A DNA stretch of 32,335 nt from contig NC_068985.1 in NCBI RefSeq assembly GCF_001194135.2, positions 73,999,680 through 74,032,014 on the forward strand, given 5' to 3'. This DNA is from Octopus bimaculoides. Taxonomy: Eukaryota. The notes beneath the pieces are model-generated. The model was not told where the DNA came from and did not search any database. It saw nothing but the letters and a program-made list of their open reading frames with translations. This document shows, piece by piece, positions 1 to 10,879 of this stretch (position 1 is its first letter; every line of letters begins with the position of its first letter). A program made the translations under genes and the position numbers.

Positions 1-159
1 ATGGTTTCTTAAACATTCACTTGAACAAAACTGTACAAATCCAAATATATGGTACCCTAGGCATAACACCTACATGAACTTCTAACTTGTTGTCTCTTGA
101 GGTCTCTGGGTGAGACTTGGATCCAACTTGTACAAATGCAAAACAAAAGTCAAACATAA

Positions 160-160
<1 letters not shown>
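1..160 (+). mobile_element. probable 3' UTR end of an R4/Dong-like LINE (truncated by window edge)
   Basis: Non-coding segment running directly into a (TAA)n array at ~161, the same kind of 3' junction as the Dong-like copy ending at 25151. No coding part is in the window, so the family call is inference. Confidence 0.35.
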
Positions 161-255
<95 letters not shown>

Positions 256-275
256 AAGAAGAAGAAGAAGAAGAA
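160..275. repeat. compound microsatellite (TAA)n-(GAA)n
   Basis: Directly visible; source of the poly-I/R/S/Y ORFs at 17..397. Confidence 0.97.
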
Positions 276-288
276 AAAGAAGCAGAAT

Positions 289-1420
289 GATAATAATTTA
301 TTCTTTTATTGGCCACAAGGGCTCACATAAAATTATATTAAAAGACAGCAACAAAGAAGACAAAAATATGACGATACAATGGTTTTACAATGTATAAACA
401 ATATAAATAACAATTAAAAATCAAACAATTAAAACTCCCAATACGGGAAGTGCTTTAAGGAACTTAAGGAAAACCCACAAAATACACGTGTGCCTGAACA
501 TCAGGGCAAGATCCCTTCTCCTTTTGTTTACAGTTGCACGCTCAGAATTGGTCCTTTCAGACTGGCCATTCTTCCAACATTTACCCACCTTTCAGCAAAC
601 TTGCAACAAAGCAACACTTCCCTCTCCACCCTCAACTTCCTTTTCAAATGAAACTTGAAAAAATTTAAGGAGAGCTTGACCAAAGAGGAAAGTGCCCTTT
701 ACCTCTTTAGCTACAGCCACTAGACCAATAAATATTGCCTGCCCCTCCCGGCCAAAATAGGGTGGCGGGACATTCTTCACAAAGGATTCAGCTGATAGCC
801 GGATCCACACGCAACAGCAAATGTTCGACGGAAACCAACAAGTCAGCCATACCCGGGTACTGGACTAGGGCGTGAAGAACGGTTTCATCGACCTGGGAAC
901 ACTTCTGGCAGGCCCGGTTGACGGCAATTCCGTGCGTATAAAGTTTATTCCAAACAGGCAGCGCTCCTCGGTAACAATGCCAAGCAAAGAATTTCTGGAA
1001 GTTATCCATAGACCCAAGCCCGAATTTCTCCGAAACAGACTGGTTAGTTGATCTGCAGCGACGCCCAGAGTTAGTTGATCTGCAGGACGGCATGGACTGG
1101 CCTCTCCAGGTGCCGAGTTGCAAGCCCACTGACTTTTCCGCGTTAAATTTTGCTCCTGTCACTGCTTCATATTCTTGTAGGTGTATATGCCTGTGGCTCG
1201 ACACCATGACGGTGACATCATCAGCATAAACAGACACTCCTCTCCACATCCTAGATCACGTGGGACACATCTCAAAGCCTACAACTTCCGCAGTAATAAC
1301 TCAAGAGTCAGTACATACAGAAGGGAGGAGAGAGGGCACCCTTGACGGATGGAACGCAAGATGCTGAATGGCTCCAACAGGTGACCATTCACCCGAACAA
1401 CCAAGCAGATATAACAGTAG
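289..1420 (-). mobile_element. L1/Tx1-like LINE, 5'-truncated and internally deleted ORF2 (RT + C-terminal Zn-binding region + 3' UTR)
   Basis: Minus-strand fragments VVRVNGHLLEPFSILRSIRQGCPLSSLLYVLTLE (RT QGCPLS motif), VSVYADDVTV...TGAKFNAEKS (YADD), FAWHCYRGALPV...ACQKCSQVDETVLHAL (zf-RVT-like), then a C-terminal segment, an AT-rich 3' UTR and AATAAAAGAATAAA at ~296-310. Broken by stops and frameshifts. Confidence 0.88.
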
Positions 1421-1673
1421 ATATATAAGTGTTTAAATGTCAGTTTTATTTTCATATGCTGGCTTTCCATCAATTTGCAGAAATGTTCTTTCAATACAAA
1501 CATTTCAGTATTGGATTCTTTAGAAAGAAGTATTAATGGTATTCGTGAAGTATATTTGCCACCTAAATGTGGCCGACCCATATGGGATGATGCTACTGTA
1601 ATTTGTAGCCCCAAACCCCAGGAAGATATCTCCTCCAGCTGGGTAATGACACACTGTCTATATGTGCGCGACA

Positions 1674-1723
1674 TGGAGATGTCATTTGCCAGCTGGAGAT
1701 GTCATTTGCCAGCTGAAGATGTC
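1674..1723. repeat. 20-bp tandem repeat TGGAGATGTCATTTGCCAGC x ~2.5
   Basis: Copies at 1674-1693 and 1694-1713, partial copy at 1714-1723. Confidence 0.9.
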
Positions 1724-1744
1724 TACCTGGGGCTATAAACTATA

Positions 1745-2820
1745 GTAGCATCTTTCCTTATGGGTCAGCCTCCTTTAAGTGGCAAATATAATTTACGATG
1801 TCGTGCTGCTAGTGTTTACATCTCGCTCAGATATTTATTATTGATTAATGGTATTGTTTGATAGGAAATCGTTGAAATCTCAAACAAGAATGTTCTTTGA
1901 ATGTTGAAATGATTTAAAAATATTTTTGTAATGTTGAAATCCGTTGGTCATTCTTGTCATAAATTTACTAACTTTTAAATGAATGCTGTAGCTATTTTAG
2001 GACAGATATTTTTGGATTTCAAAAACCGAATTTATACGCATATAAGATATTTAATACTGATAATAATAAATTTACATAAAGTAGTCTTTAATTCACTGCA
2101 CCTCTTTAGAGTTTAGTTATGAGAAAGTTTTATCCTTTTCTATTTTATCGTTATAAAAATATCTTTGTCCATTCCACAATTTATTGTCGATTTCATAACT
2201 GGTGAATGTTAACTTTTGCCCAGCTATCTCTCCAATACTGCGATCGTTATCTTGTCATCTATTCCATTTCTTTCATTCAGATAAAATACTCATTACTCCA
2301 GCAAAATTTTAATGTATTGTATCCCAAATTGCTGGCTCGAAATATCCGTTCGCACGCCAATTCTTCGTTATATAAGGTGTTTTATTATGTGATCAAAGAC
2401 CATGTAGGTATCCGAGACACAAGTTACATAAACAACATTTGAATAAAATATATTCAAACAATTTTGTATTTAATTGGACTTGCAATACTGCAAAGAAATT
2501 CTTGTTAGATGCACAACGCAATAGCGCGAAAAATGTATGGAGATGAATACACAATCTTAAATAAAAGTGTACGCAAACAAATGTTGTTCAAAACAAATAA
2601 GAGTGTTGCAATATTCCCAAGCGTATATCCACACTGCGACGTTGTTAAGAATACACAGGCTGAAATTTCATTCCGTATCGTCAAAACACTCATACAAACA
2701 GTGTGATGTGTCAAGTGAACATCAAGATGTATGTCTTGGTGAAACAGAAATATAACTCACGAAAACAATAAATATATCAACTATAAAATACAATATAAAA
2801 CTGTTCGCATTGGACATCGT
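1745..2820 (+). pseudogene. possible ancient hAT (Charlie/ZBED-like) transposase relic
   Basis: Collinear degenerate motifs across frames: MGQPPLSGK (cf. DGAPAMxGK) ~1760-1786, YFCNVEIRW..LLNE (cf. YHTEVRWLS) 1921-1983, FPSVYPHC / AEISFRIVK (cf. FPSTYLCE / AERSFS, hAT dimerisation region) ~2615-2685. Many stops; read by eye. Confidence 0.3.
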
Positions 2821-3125
2821 TTTATACAAAATGACCGAAGTAAAAGTAGACAAAATATCAATACTATAAAATCCATAACAAATAGAAGAGAATTCACAAA
2901 TACTCACATAGAGCTTCTGCCAAAAGTCACATATATATCTCTAGGAAAACCATAAAATTTCGCAAAAGAGCGCAATGAGATACATTCTGTAACGAATTCA
3001 GAGATTGTACAGAGTTGTGTTTGTATAAATATAAGTATGTACATACGCATGCACACCCACGCACACATATACGTATATGTATATACAAGTATATATATAT
3101 GTATATGTATATCTATCTATCTCCA

Positions 3126-3129
<4 letters not shown>

Positions 3130-3190
<61 letters not shown>
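3130..3190. repeat. (CA)n microsatellite
   Basis: Directly visible; one of many (CA)n/(TA)n/(GA)n tracts (others at 4345-4380, 4465-4530, 6685-6767, 7690-7765, 8910-8970, 14500-14575, 20205-20310, 30590-30705, 31065-31135). Confidence 0.95.
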
Positions 3191-3195
<5 letters not shown>

Positions 3196-3261
3196 TATAT
3201 TTATGGAAAATCAGACAAGGCGCAAGATGCTGAAATACTTTTATCATAAAGAACATTTTAG

Positions 3262-3291
3262 TACCGGTTTCAGTCTTTGCAACTTCTACAG
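3262..3291 (-). ncRNA. degenerate minimal type-I hammerhead ribozyme-like motif
   Basis: Minus strand CTGTAGA-AGT(tgcaaag)ACT-GAAAC-CG-GTA: one core change (A6>U), helix II AGT/ACT, palindromic helix III ACCGGT. Helix I not evident. Confidence 0.45.
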
Positions 3292-3422
3292 ATTGAGTAA
3301 AGTATGAGAAACAAATTGTGGAAAAATGGAATGAAGTGTTTTTTCATTTTTTATATTTAAGAGATGTGTAATTATTTACATTATCTACATTTAACGGATG
3401 TTTGTCCTCATGTTGGCTGTTG

Positions 3423-3462
3423 TGAACACGTTTCGGCTGATATACCCTCCGACTTCAATTGG
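3423..3462 (-). ncRNA. heavily degenerate hammerhead-like relic
   Basis: Minus strand ccAATTGA-agtcggagggtatatcagcc-GAAAC-GT-GTT: 3' half of the core intact, 5' core has 3 mismatches to CTGATGA. Confidence 0.25.
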
Positions 3463-3641
3463 TGCACGTTCTCAGCATCACATTGGCCGAACCGCTATAT
3501 ATTCCTATCAATTTATATTGATAGGAATATATTGCGGTTCGGCCAAAGTGATGCTCAGAACGTGCAACAGGCATTAAAAGTTTAGATACTGGGTTCCATG
3601 CCTTCATCTTATAATATATATATATTCTTTTATTTTTTTAA

Positions 3642-3842
3642 TCGTTTACTTGTTTCAGTCATTTGAATGCGGCCATAGTGGTGTATGGCCTTTAGTCGTG
3701 CAAATCGACCCCAGGACTTATTCTTTGTAAGCCTAGTACTTATTCTATCAGTTATTTCTGCTGAATCGCTAGCTTACTGGGACGTAAACACTCCCGCGTG
3801 GGTTGTCAAGCGATGTTGGGGGTACAAACACAGACACACATA
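3642..3842 (-). mobile_element. SINE 3' module of the composite CORE-type SINE family
   Basis: Reverse complement matches 14762-14970 (...CTGGGGTCGATTTG..CGACT..AAATGACTGAAACAAGTAAA). Any head would lie in the adjacent gap. Confidence 0.85.
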
Positions 3843-4244
3843 CATAGGCTATATATATATATATATATATATNNNNNNNNNNNNNNNNNNNNNNNNNNNN
3901 NNNNNNNNNNNNNNNNNNNNNNNNNNNNNNNNNNNNNNNNNNNNNNNNNNNNNNNNNNNNNNNNNNNNNNNNNNNNNNNNNNNNNNNNNNNNNNNNNNNN
4001 NNNNNNNNNNNNNNNNNNNNNNNNNNNNNNNNNNNNNNNNNNNNNNNNNNNNNNNNNNNNNNNNNNNNNNNNNNNNNNNNNNNNNNNNNNNNNNNNNNNN
4101 NNNNNNNNNNNNNNNNNNNNNNNNNNNNNNNNNNNNNNNNNNNNNNNNNNNNNNNNNNNNNNNNNNNNNAGGGGGTGGGCTGCGAGCCCTGTTGTACTTT
4201 TTCGCCCCAACTTTCTCTCACTCTTTCTTCCTGTTTCTTGAATA

Positions 4245-4340
4245 ACGCAACGATGGACTGGAGTCCCGTCCAGCTAGGAGGAACACATGCGCCATAGAAA
4301 CCGGAAACCGGGCCCATGAGCCTGGTTCGGCTTTAAAAGG

Positions 4341-4345
<5 letters not shown>
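4245..4345 (+). mobile_element. probable SINE 3' tail fragment (unclassified)
   Basis: GC-rich CGATGGACTGGAGTCCCGTCCAG...AGAAACCGG...GGGCCCATGAGCC ending in (TA)n. Resembles tails of widespread metazoan tRNA-derived SINEs from recall only; no second copy in the window. Confidence 0.3.
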
Positions 4346-4380
<35 letters not shown>

Positions 4381-4857
4381 GTGTACACATCTATAAACAT
4401 ACACATGCATGCACTTACGTGATATACACATTGACACCTATTATATATGATTACATGTATATAGAGATTGTTACACACACACACACATACACACACACAC
4501 ACGCACACACACACACACACACACACATTTGCGTACGCACAGACCTGTGTTCACCAACCCTGCTTACTAAAAGTAGTCCTTCAAAAACCATCTGCCCATC
4601 AAAGCACCATTCATTAGGAGTATATCTAACACACCACCCTTAGTTATTTTTTTTTCTAAAATACCGTTATGAATATTCAATTAAAAAACAATTACAGATA
4701 TACACACACAAATACAGAAATAAATACACGAGGCACAATTGATTATTAAAATGACAACATAAACAAAAAAAATGAACCAAAAAGAACTGCACCATCTCAT
4801 AAAAAAATACACGAGCAAATATATACACACACACAACCAATGCAGAATCATGTTCTT

Positions 4858-4892
4858 TCGCAGATCGCAGTAGCGTGAAACGTGAGTCGCGA
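4858..4892 (+). ncRNA. hammerhead-like relic with deleted CUGA
   Basis: TCGC-[ctga missing]AGA-T-CGC(agta)GCG-T-GAAAC-gtga-GTC-GCGA: helices I (TCGC/GCGA) and II (CGC/GCG) pair, and GAAAC and the GUC triplet are present. Confidence 0.45.
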
Positions 4893-5619
4893 TAGAAACG
4901 CTGGGTTTCAGTTTCAATACATAATAAATATATATAATTACGTGTGTGTGTGTTTGAGTCTGTGTGTATGTAAAAAGGGAGAAAGAGTAGGTAGAAGAGC
5001 ATACAAAATCGGTTGTGTGCATGATGCATTCATGGACATATTTTTCCCATTATTTTCATGTTAATATAGATCTCACTTCTCACACATGACCTCTTGTTAT
5101 CTGGAGACTGTTGTTCAGTCAAGAATTCGTTGGTTGCAGATCAATTTTTTATTCCTTCAATCGGTTATTGATCTGAAAATTCAGGCTAAATTATTATCTT
5201 CTGATTGTCTATCCAGAAAGATGATGATACAACATATTCTCTTTTGATTTTCTTTTCATAGGTTTCACTGGGATGGCAACAAGCAAAAAGGAGACTGAAG
5301 TATTGATATGCATTGGAATAATTTACACTCAACTAAACTAAAGAGTAATATGGTCTGTGTCCTTGCATACACGTGTTTAAAATGGACTAGTTGATGCTTA
5401 AATTTCTTCTATATTGGATCCATACAAACCTAAAATACATATTCTCATATGCGCGTACCTACTTATGAGCGCGTGTCTAATACTTCACATGGAATTTCAG
5501 AGATATTCGCTTCAGTTTTCTTTAGAAATTTTATAATCACTTGAATAAGAGTAGAGATATTCATTGGTATCACATAACGTGCTCAAAGCTATTTTTGTCA
5601 ACAAAATTCTTAATTTTGT

Positions 5620-5626
5620 CATCATC

Positions 5627-5724
<98 letters not shown>

Positions 5725-5728
5725 CATA
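5620..5728. repeat. (TCA)n-(TTA)n microsatellite running into a gap
   Basis: Directly visible. Confidence 0.95.
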
Positions 5729-6725
5729 NNNNNNNNNNNNNNNNNNNNNNNNNNNNNNNNNNNNNNNNNNNNNNNNNNNNNNNNNNNNNNNNNNNNNNNN
5801 NNNNNNNNNNNNNNNNNNNNNNNNNNNNNNNNNNNNNNNNNNNNNNNNNNNNNNNNNNNNNNNNNNNNNNNNNNNNNNNNNNNNNNNNNNNNNNNNNNNN
5901 NNNNNNNNNNNNNNNNNNNNNNNNNNNNNNNNNNNNNNNNNNNNNNNNNNNNNNNNNNNNNNNNNNNNNNNNNNNNNNNNNNNNNNNNNNNNNNNNNNNN
6001 NNNNNNNNNNNNNNNNNNNNNNNNNNNNNNNNNNNNNNNNNNNNNNNNNNNNNNNNNNNNNNNNNNNNNNNNNNNNNNNNNNNNNNNNNNNNNNNNNNNN
6101 NNNNNNNNNNNNNNNNNNNNNNNNNNNNNNNNNNNNATATATATATATATATACAAACACACACACACACGTTGTCAACGACATAAAAAATATTCATACA
6201 CAAAGTTAAACTTTATATCCAGCTTATCATTGATGATTTGTTAGAATACTAAATGCTGTTTTATTAGCCTTGAAACATCCTCTCATGTTTGTGTTTTTTG
6301 GGCAAAGTCTCACCCATATCGTAGCGGACGAAAACTATCCGTCAAATGCACCGGAATTCCAAATATCATGTGATTCAGTACTTAGAATATCAGCATCATT
6401 TCAGATACTAATTTCACAAATAGTCAGTATGCTTATAAAAAAAATGATTATATGCGACGAAAGTAATTCTAATACCGAAAGATAATCATTATAACCAACA
6501 CCGAATACGGCATTATTAGCCTTCAAATTTTCTTTCATTTAGGCGCTTAGTGCATAAAAGCACACACACACACACACCCATACGTCTGCGCACCGAGACA
6601 CGCACACACACGCCCACACTTATATGTATAAGTGTGTGTGCCAGTACGTGTGCGTGTGCGCGTCGAGTGTGTGTGTGTACAGTGAGAGAGAGGGAGAGAG
6701 AGAGAGAGGGAGAGAGAGAGAGAGG

Positions 6726-6767
<42 letters not shown>

Positions 6768-6771
<4 letters not shown>

Positions 6772-6953
6772 GTGATAGGTAAATAGATGAATATGTAGAT
6801 ATCTGAAATATATATATTTATATGTATATATGTAAATATTTATATTATACACACACGCACACAAACACACACACATATATATAGGATAAATATTCACATC
6901 TAAAGACATATATTTCAGATATCTACATATTCATGTATCTACCTACCACTCAC
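6768..6953. repeat. 46-bp inverted repeat (fold-back/MITE-like)
   Basis: 6768-6813 GTGAGTGATAGGTAAATAGATGAATATGTAGATATCTGAAATATAT vs reverse complement of 6908-6953: 3 mismatches, 94-bp spacer. Confidence 0.85.
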
Positions 6954-7033
6954 TCCCTCATCGTCTCTCTTTGTTCACACACACACGTACACTCACACAC
7001 ACATACACACACACGTATAGTAAATTAAATGTG

Positions 7034-7660
7034 TAGCAATTTGAACATATAGACAAAATTTATAGAGATCACAAATGTGACAGAGGGTATCGACTAGCAC
7101 CACTATTGATAGAAAGAAGTGGTAAAATAACTCAAAAGTCACTAAGCACTATCTTAATGTCTGACACAGGGAGGTAAGCCCCCAGCATATATAGTCGGAT
7201 GAACGATTTGGATTTTGATGCAGACCATCTTAATTCTCAGTGGAGACTCTTAACACCTAGGGTTATACTGAACTACCGCTGTCGGTCTTATAAGAAAAAC
7301 CCTTGAAAACGTGCTGGTCTTCAAAACGGTATACATGTAAACAACAAATTGGATCGGCGGCTTATTAGCAATTTGAACCTACAGGCAAAATTAATAAAGG
7401 TCACAAGATTGGCAGTAGAAACTAACTAGCACCACTATTGCTAGAAAAAAAAGTTAAAGCAACTCAACCGTAGACGTTAAGATTCGCTGATGATGATTAA
7501 GATGGTCTACACTAAAATCCGGAATCACCGATCCGACTATATAGGGTAGGGAATTATCTCCCTTTGTCAGTCATCAATATAGTGTTTTTGAATTGTTGTA
7601 ATTCTTCTTTCTAGCAACAGGGGTGTTAGTCAGCACCATCTGTCAATTTTGTGACCTCTC
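7034..7660. mobile_element. non-coding element: 332-bp unit with partial tandem repeat plus inverted copy, containing hammerhead-like cores (PLE pseudo-LTR/retrozyme-like)
   Basis: Direct repeat ~7034-7119 vs ~7366-7451 (period 332). Inverted arms ~7067-7264 vs ~7466-7656. CTGATGA-t-GATT...AATC-c-GGAA-TC(acc)GA-TC-CGA at 7484-7536. Confidence 0.6.
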
Positions 7661-7694
7661 TCTCTGTCCCTCTATGTATGTATATGTATCTATA

Positions 7695-7765
<71 letters not shown>

Positions 7766-8310
7766 NNNNNNNNNNNNNNNNNNNNNNNNNNNNNNNNNNN
7801 NNNNNNNNNNNNNNNNNNNNNNNNNNNNNNNNNNNNNNNNNNNNNNNNNNNNNNNNNNNNNNNNNNNNNNNNNNNNNNNNNNNNNNNNNNNNNNNNNNNN
7901 NNNNNNNNNNNNNNNNNNNNNNNNNNNNNNNNNNNNNNNNNNNNNNNNNNNNNNNNNNNNNNNNNNNNNNNNNNNNNNNNNNNNNNNNNNNNNNNNNNNN
8001 NNNNNNNNNNNNNNNNNNNNNNNNNNNNNNNNNNNNNNNNNNNNNNNNNNNNNNNNNNNNNNNNNNNNNNNNNNNNNNNNNNNNNNNNNNNNNNNNNNNN
8101 NNNNNNNNNNNNNNNNNNNNNNNNNNNNNNNNNNNNNNNNNNNNNNNNNNNNNNNNNNNNNNNNNNNNNNNNNNNNNNNNNNNNNNNNNNNNNNNNNNNN
8201 NNNNNNNNNNNNNNNNCGTACGAAAAAAATTAAACAGCAACAGACGAGGAGAGGTGGTGTAAACAACAAAAGGATGTATTAGTTTGACGCTCGGGAATAC
8301 AGAAATTCTT

Positions 8311-8335
8311 TACCGTTTCGAGCTACGCTCTTCAA
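8311..8335 (-). ncRNA. minimal hammerhead-like motif (C3>U)
   Basis: Minus strand TTGAAGA-GCGTAGCTC-GAAAC-G-GTA. Flanks ATTCTT/AAGAAT are complementary but offset by 4 nt. Confidence 0.45.
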
Positions 8336-8905
8336 CATAAAGAATACGGAGAAAACAAGGAGAAAAACACGGAGAAAAAAAAATTGAATGGTGTTTGGTC
8401 AGCGATTAATCATACCATTCATGTGTGTGTGTTTGATGTTTATATATATATTTCAAATTTTATTATGTTTAATGTTATCGATAATATCTGCAGTTTCTAT
8501 ACGCGAGCCGTCCCTGATTGGCTGAGAAACAATATCGCAGTGCTGGTAATATCGTACCTGCTGATGATGACTTTTTGACGTGTATGGATCACATGGGGGT
8601 CTATGTTGAAAAATAAACCCAACTTGGTAACATTCCATGATAATATCTTGGTCATGAGACTAAATTTTCAGCTGACCTTCGTATAAATGATGTCAACATG
8701 GCAGCGTATTAATCACGTTTAGGTTAATATGTGGCTTTACCCTCTGTCACATATGCTCCGCGCACTACCATTCACCTTGCAGCACATAATTTCAGCTTCC
8801 GTCACATAACGCATCAATTTAGCAAAATACATTTTATGTATACTGTGTGTGACCATGCACATACATACGTACATACATACATACAAACATACATTTACAA
8901 CCCTC

Positions 8906-8973
<68 letters not shown>

Positions 8974-9021
8974 TATAAGTATAAGTTCAGATTTATAAGT
9001 GTGTATATGCATATATGTATG

Positions 9022-9056
<35 letters not shown>

Positions 9057-10879
9057 GCACACTACACACACATACACACACACACACACATACAAGCACA
9101 CAAGCACACAAGCACACTCGCATTGTAGTGTAAGAAATGAGGAGAAGCTTTCAAATTTTACTAAGCAAACAGATAATAGGAAACAAAAAGAATTATAAAT
9201 TTATTCATATCTACCGCAAATCACAGATAAAAGCCTTTAGCGCAAATACCTTCCTAATATCCTCTTTTACACAATTAACTCTTTTTTCTGTCCATTACCT
9301 AGAAGTTTTCATGTGCTTGTGCATTCAGGGATTCACTGTTGGGCAATTAATAAGAAGTCATAGAAGTGTTATAGTTGTTTTCTTTCTTTCTATCGAAATA
9401 TAAATTATGAATAGCATATGCTCAGTAGAAATTTAATATATCTTCAAGTATTTTGCGCATTGTAATATGGACAATTGTCGAATAATACACTCTAAGTTGT
9501 TTTTCACATACGTGTGTATTATTCCTGTTGATTGTTCGCGGTCATCATATGCTGAGAAAGGAAAGAAGAAACGTTGAGAGACGATTCCCCAAAGCTCAGT
9601 TTTTAATACTTGTTATTCCACGCTACTCAACAACTTTGGTTATATTCCTCCGCCTAATTGCATTGCATCTTTTCTGGAACATAAATTTGCTTATTTTATA
9701 TTACTTATGTGATTTGGATTTTAGTCTGTGAGTGTGAAAACTATGGAACACGAAAGAAAAAAACCCCCCAGAAAACTGCGTACAGTAAACACGACTTCCT
9801 CTCACACAAAGAAAAAAGATAGTCTAAATAATGTGCTTCAAACAATGCGTATAGGTAGTATATTTAGATTCTAGTAAATGTATTGAATATTGCAGTGCCT
9901 AATAAAAGGGGATGTACTGTAATTGTGTTACATCCTTACATGGCCAATAAAGCACAGTAAGCAATAGATTTCTGTTTTATCAATATATTTAACAGTGTAT
10001 CAGTATACTAACGATCCCTAATGAATCTGTCCGTTGTTTCGTATTTGATCTCCAATGCATCCTGATAACTGGGGCACACATGACTGAACAAACAAATAAG
10101 ATCTAGGATATAAAACACAAGTAAAAAACACAAACGTAAAGAAGTAGCTAAATGGTGTAAGTGTTACATATAGAAGACACAGAATAGTTGAACTTTTCAA
10201 TTTTTTTTTTCATTTCTACAGGAAGGGGAGGGCATTGATCATGGCAAATCTCTTCCAGATCCTACATGACTTGTGAGAGAAAAGTGGAACTTTAATTCAC
10301 ACCGGACACTGCAATCGAATAGTTATAAGCGAGATAATTTTGTAAATAAACGCAAGCGCCAGGTGTCATGTAAAAATGGGGGTCAAATTTCACTCGTCAA
10401 TATTCAGGTCAATGAAATATTGCATATGATTTGGAATACCAAATATATTTTAAGTCATATATAAGAATTTATAAGGCATTTTAACGTAACGAAAAAATGT
10501 GATTTATCTGCACTTGAGACTTAATACTGAATATATTAAGAAAATAATGAATGTATATAAGTAAGTACATATATAAACACGAGCGCAAACAAACAAACAC
10601 ACACACACACTGTGTATGTATTGAAAAATAACTCTCTCTGTATTTCCACCTCTGGTATTTCGTGAAACAAAAACGTTATATTAAATAAAAAATATTCTTT
10701 TTATCCAACCAAATCGGTTGCACTTTAACTCAAAATATTCCCAAATGATAGTTGATCAACTATATATCTCCATAATATTGAAAGTAAATCTAGTTCATTT
10801 TTTATTACATTGTTTAGTATCATTCGAACAAAACATCTAACTCCCAGGAGGTTACTATAAAGTTTATTTGGAAGAAAGC

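Noticed and set aside
17-397. ORFs with poly-S/Y/I/R runs (and similar ORFs at 5541-6244, 12574-13023, 25767-26037, 27559-27941, 28447-28941, 29730-30171)
   Set aside because: Translations of microsatellites with no stops in some frames; no protein signal.
3685-4317. Long X-containing ORFs spanning N-runs (also 5512-6244, 7623-8282, 13727-14415, 22124-22728, 28447-28941)
   Set aside because: Artefacts of assembly gaps.
5238-5345. Strong-looking splice acceptor (TCTCTTTTGATTTTCTTTTCATAG|G at 5261/5262), possible host exon
   Set aside because: Frames give short unrecognised peptides (FTGMATSKKETEVL..., FHWDGNKQKGD*), there is no convincing donor and no partner exons. RNA-seq would be needed.
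8505-8530. CTGATTGGCTG CCAAT-box-like motif
   Set aside because: An isolated short motif with no associated TSS or gene evidence.
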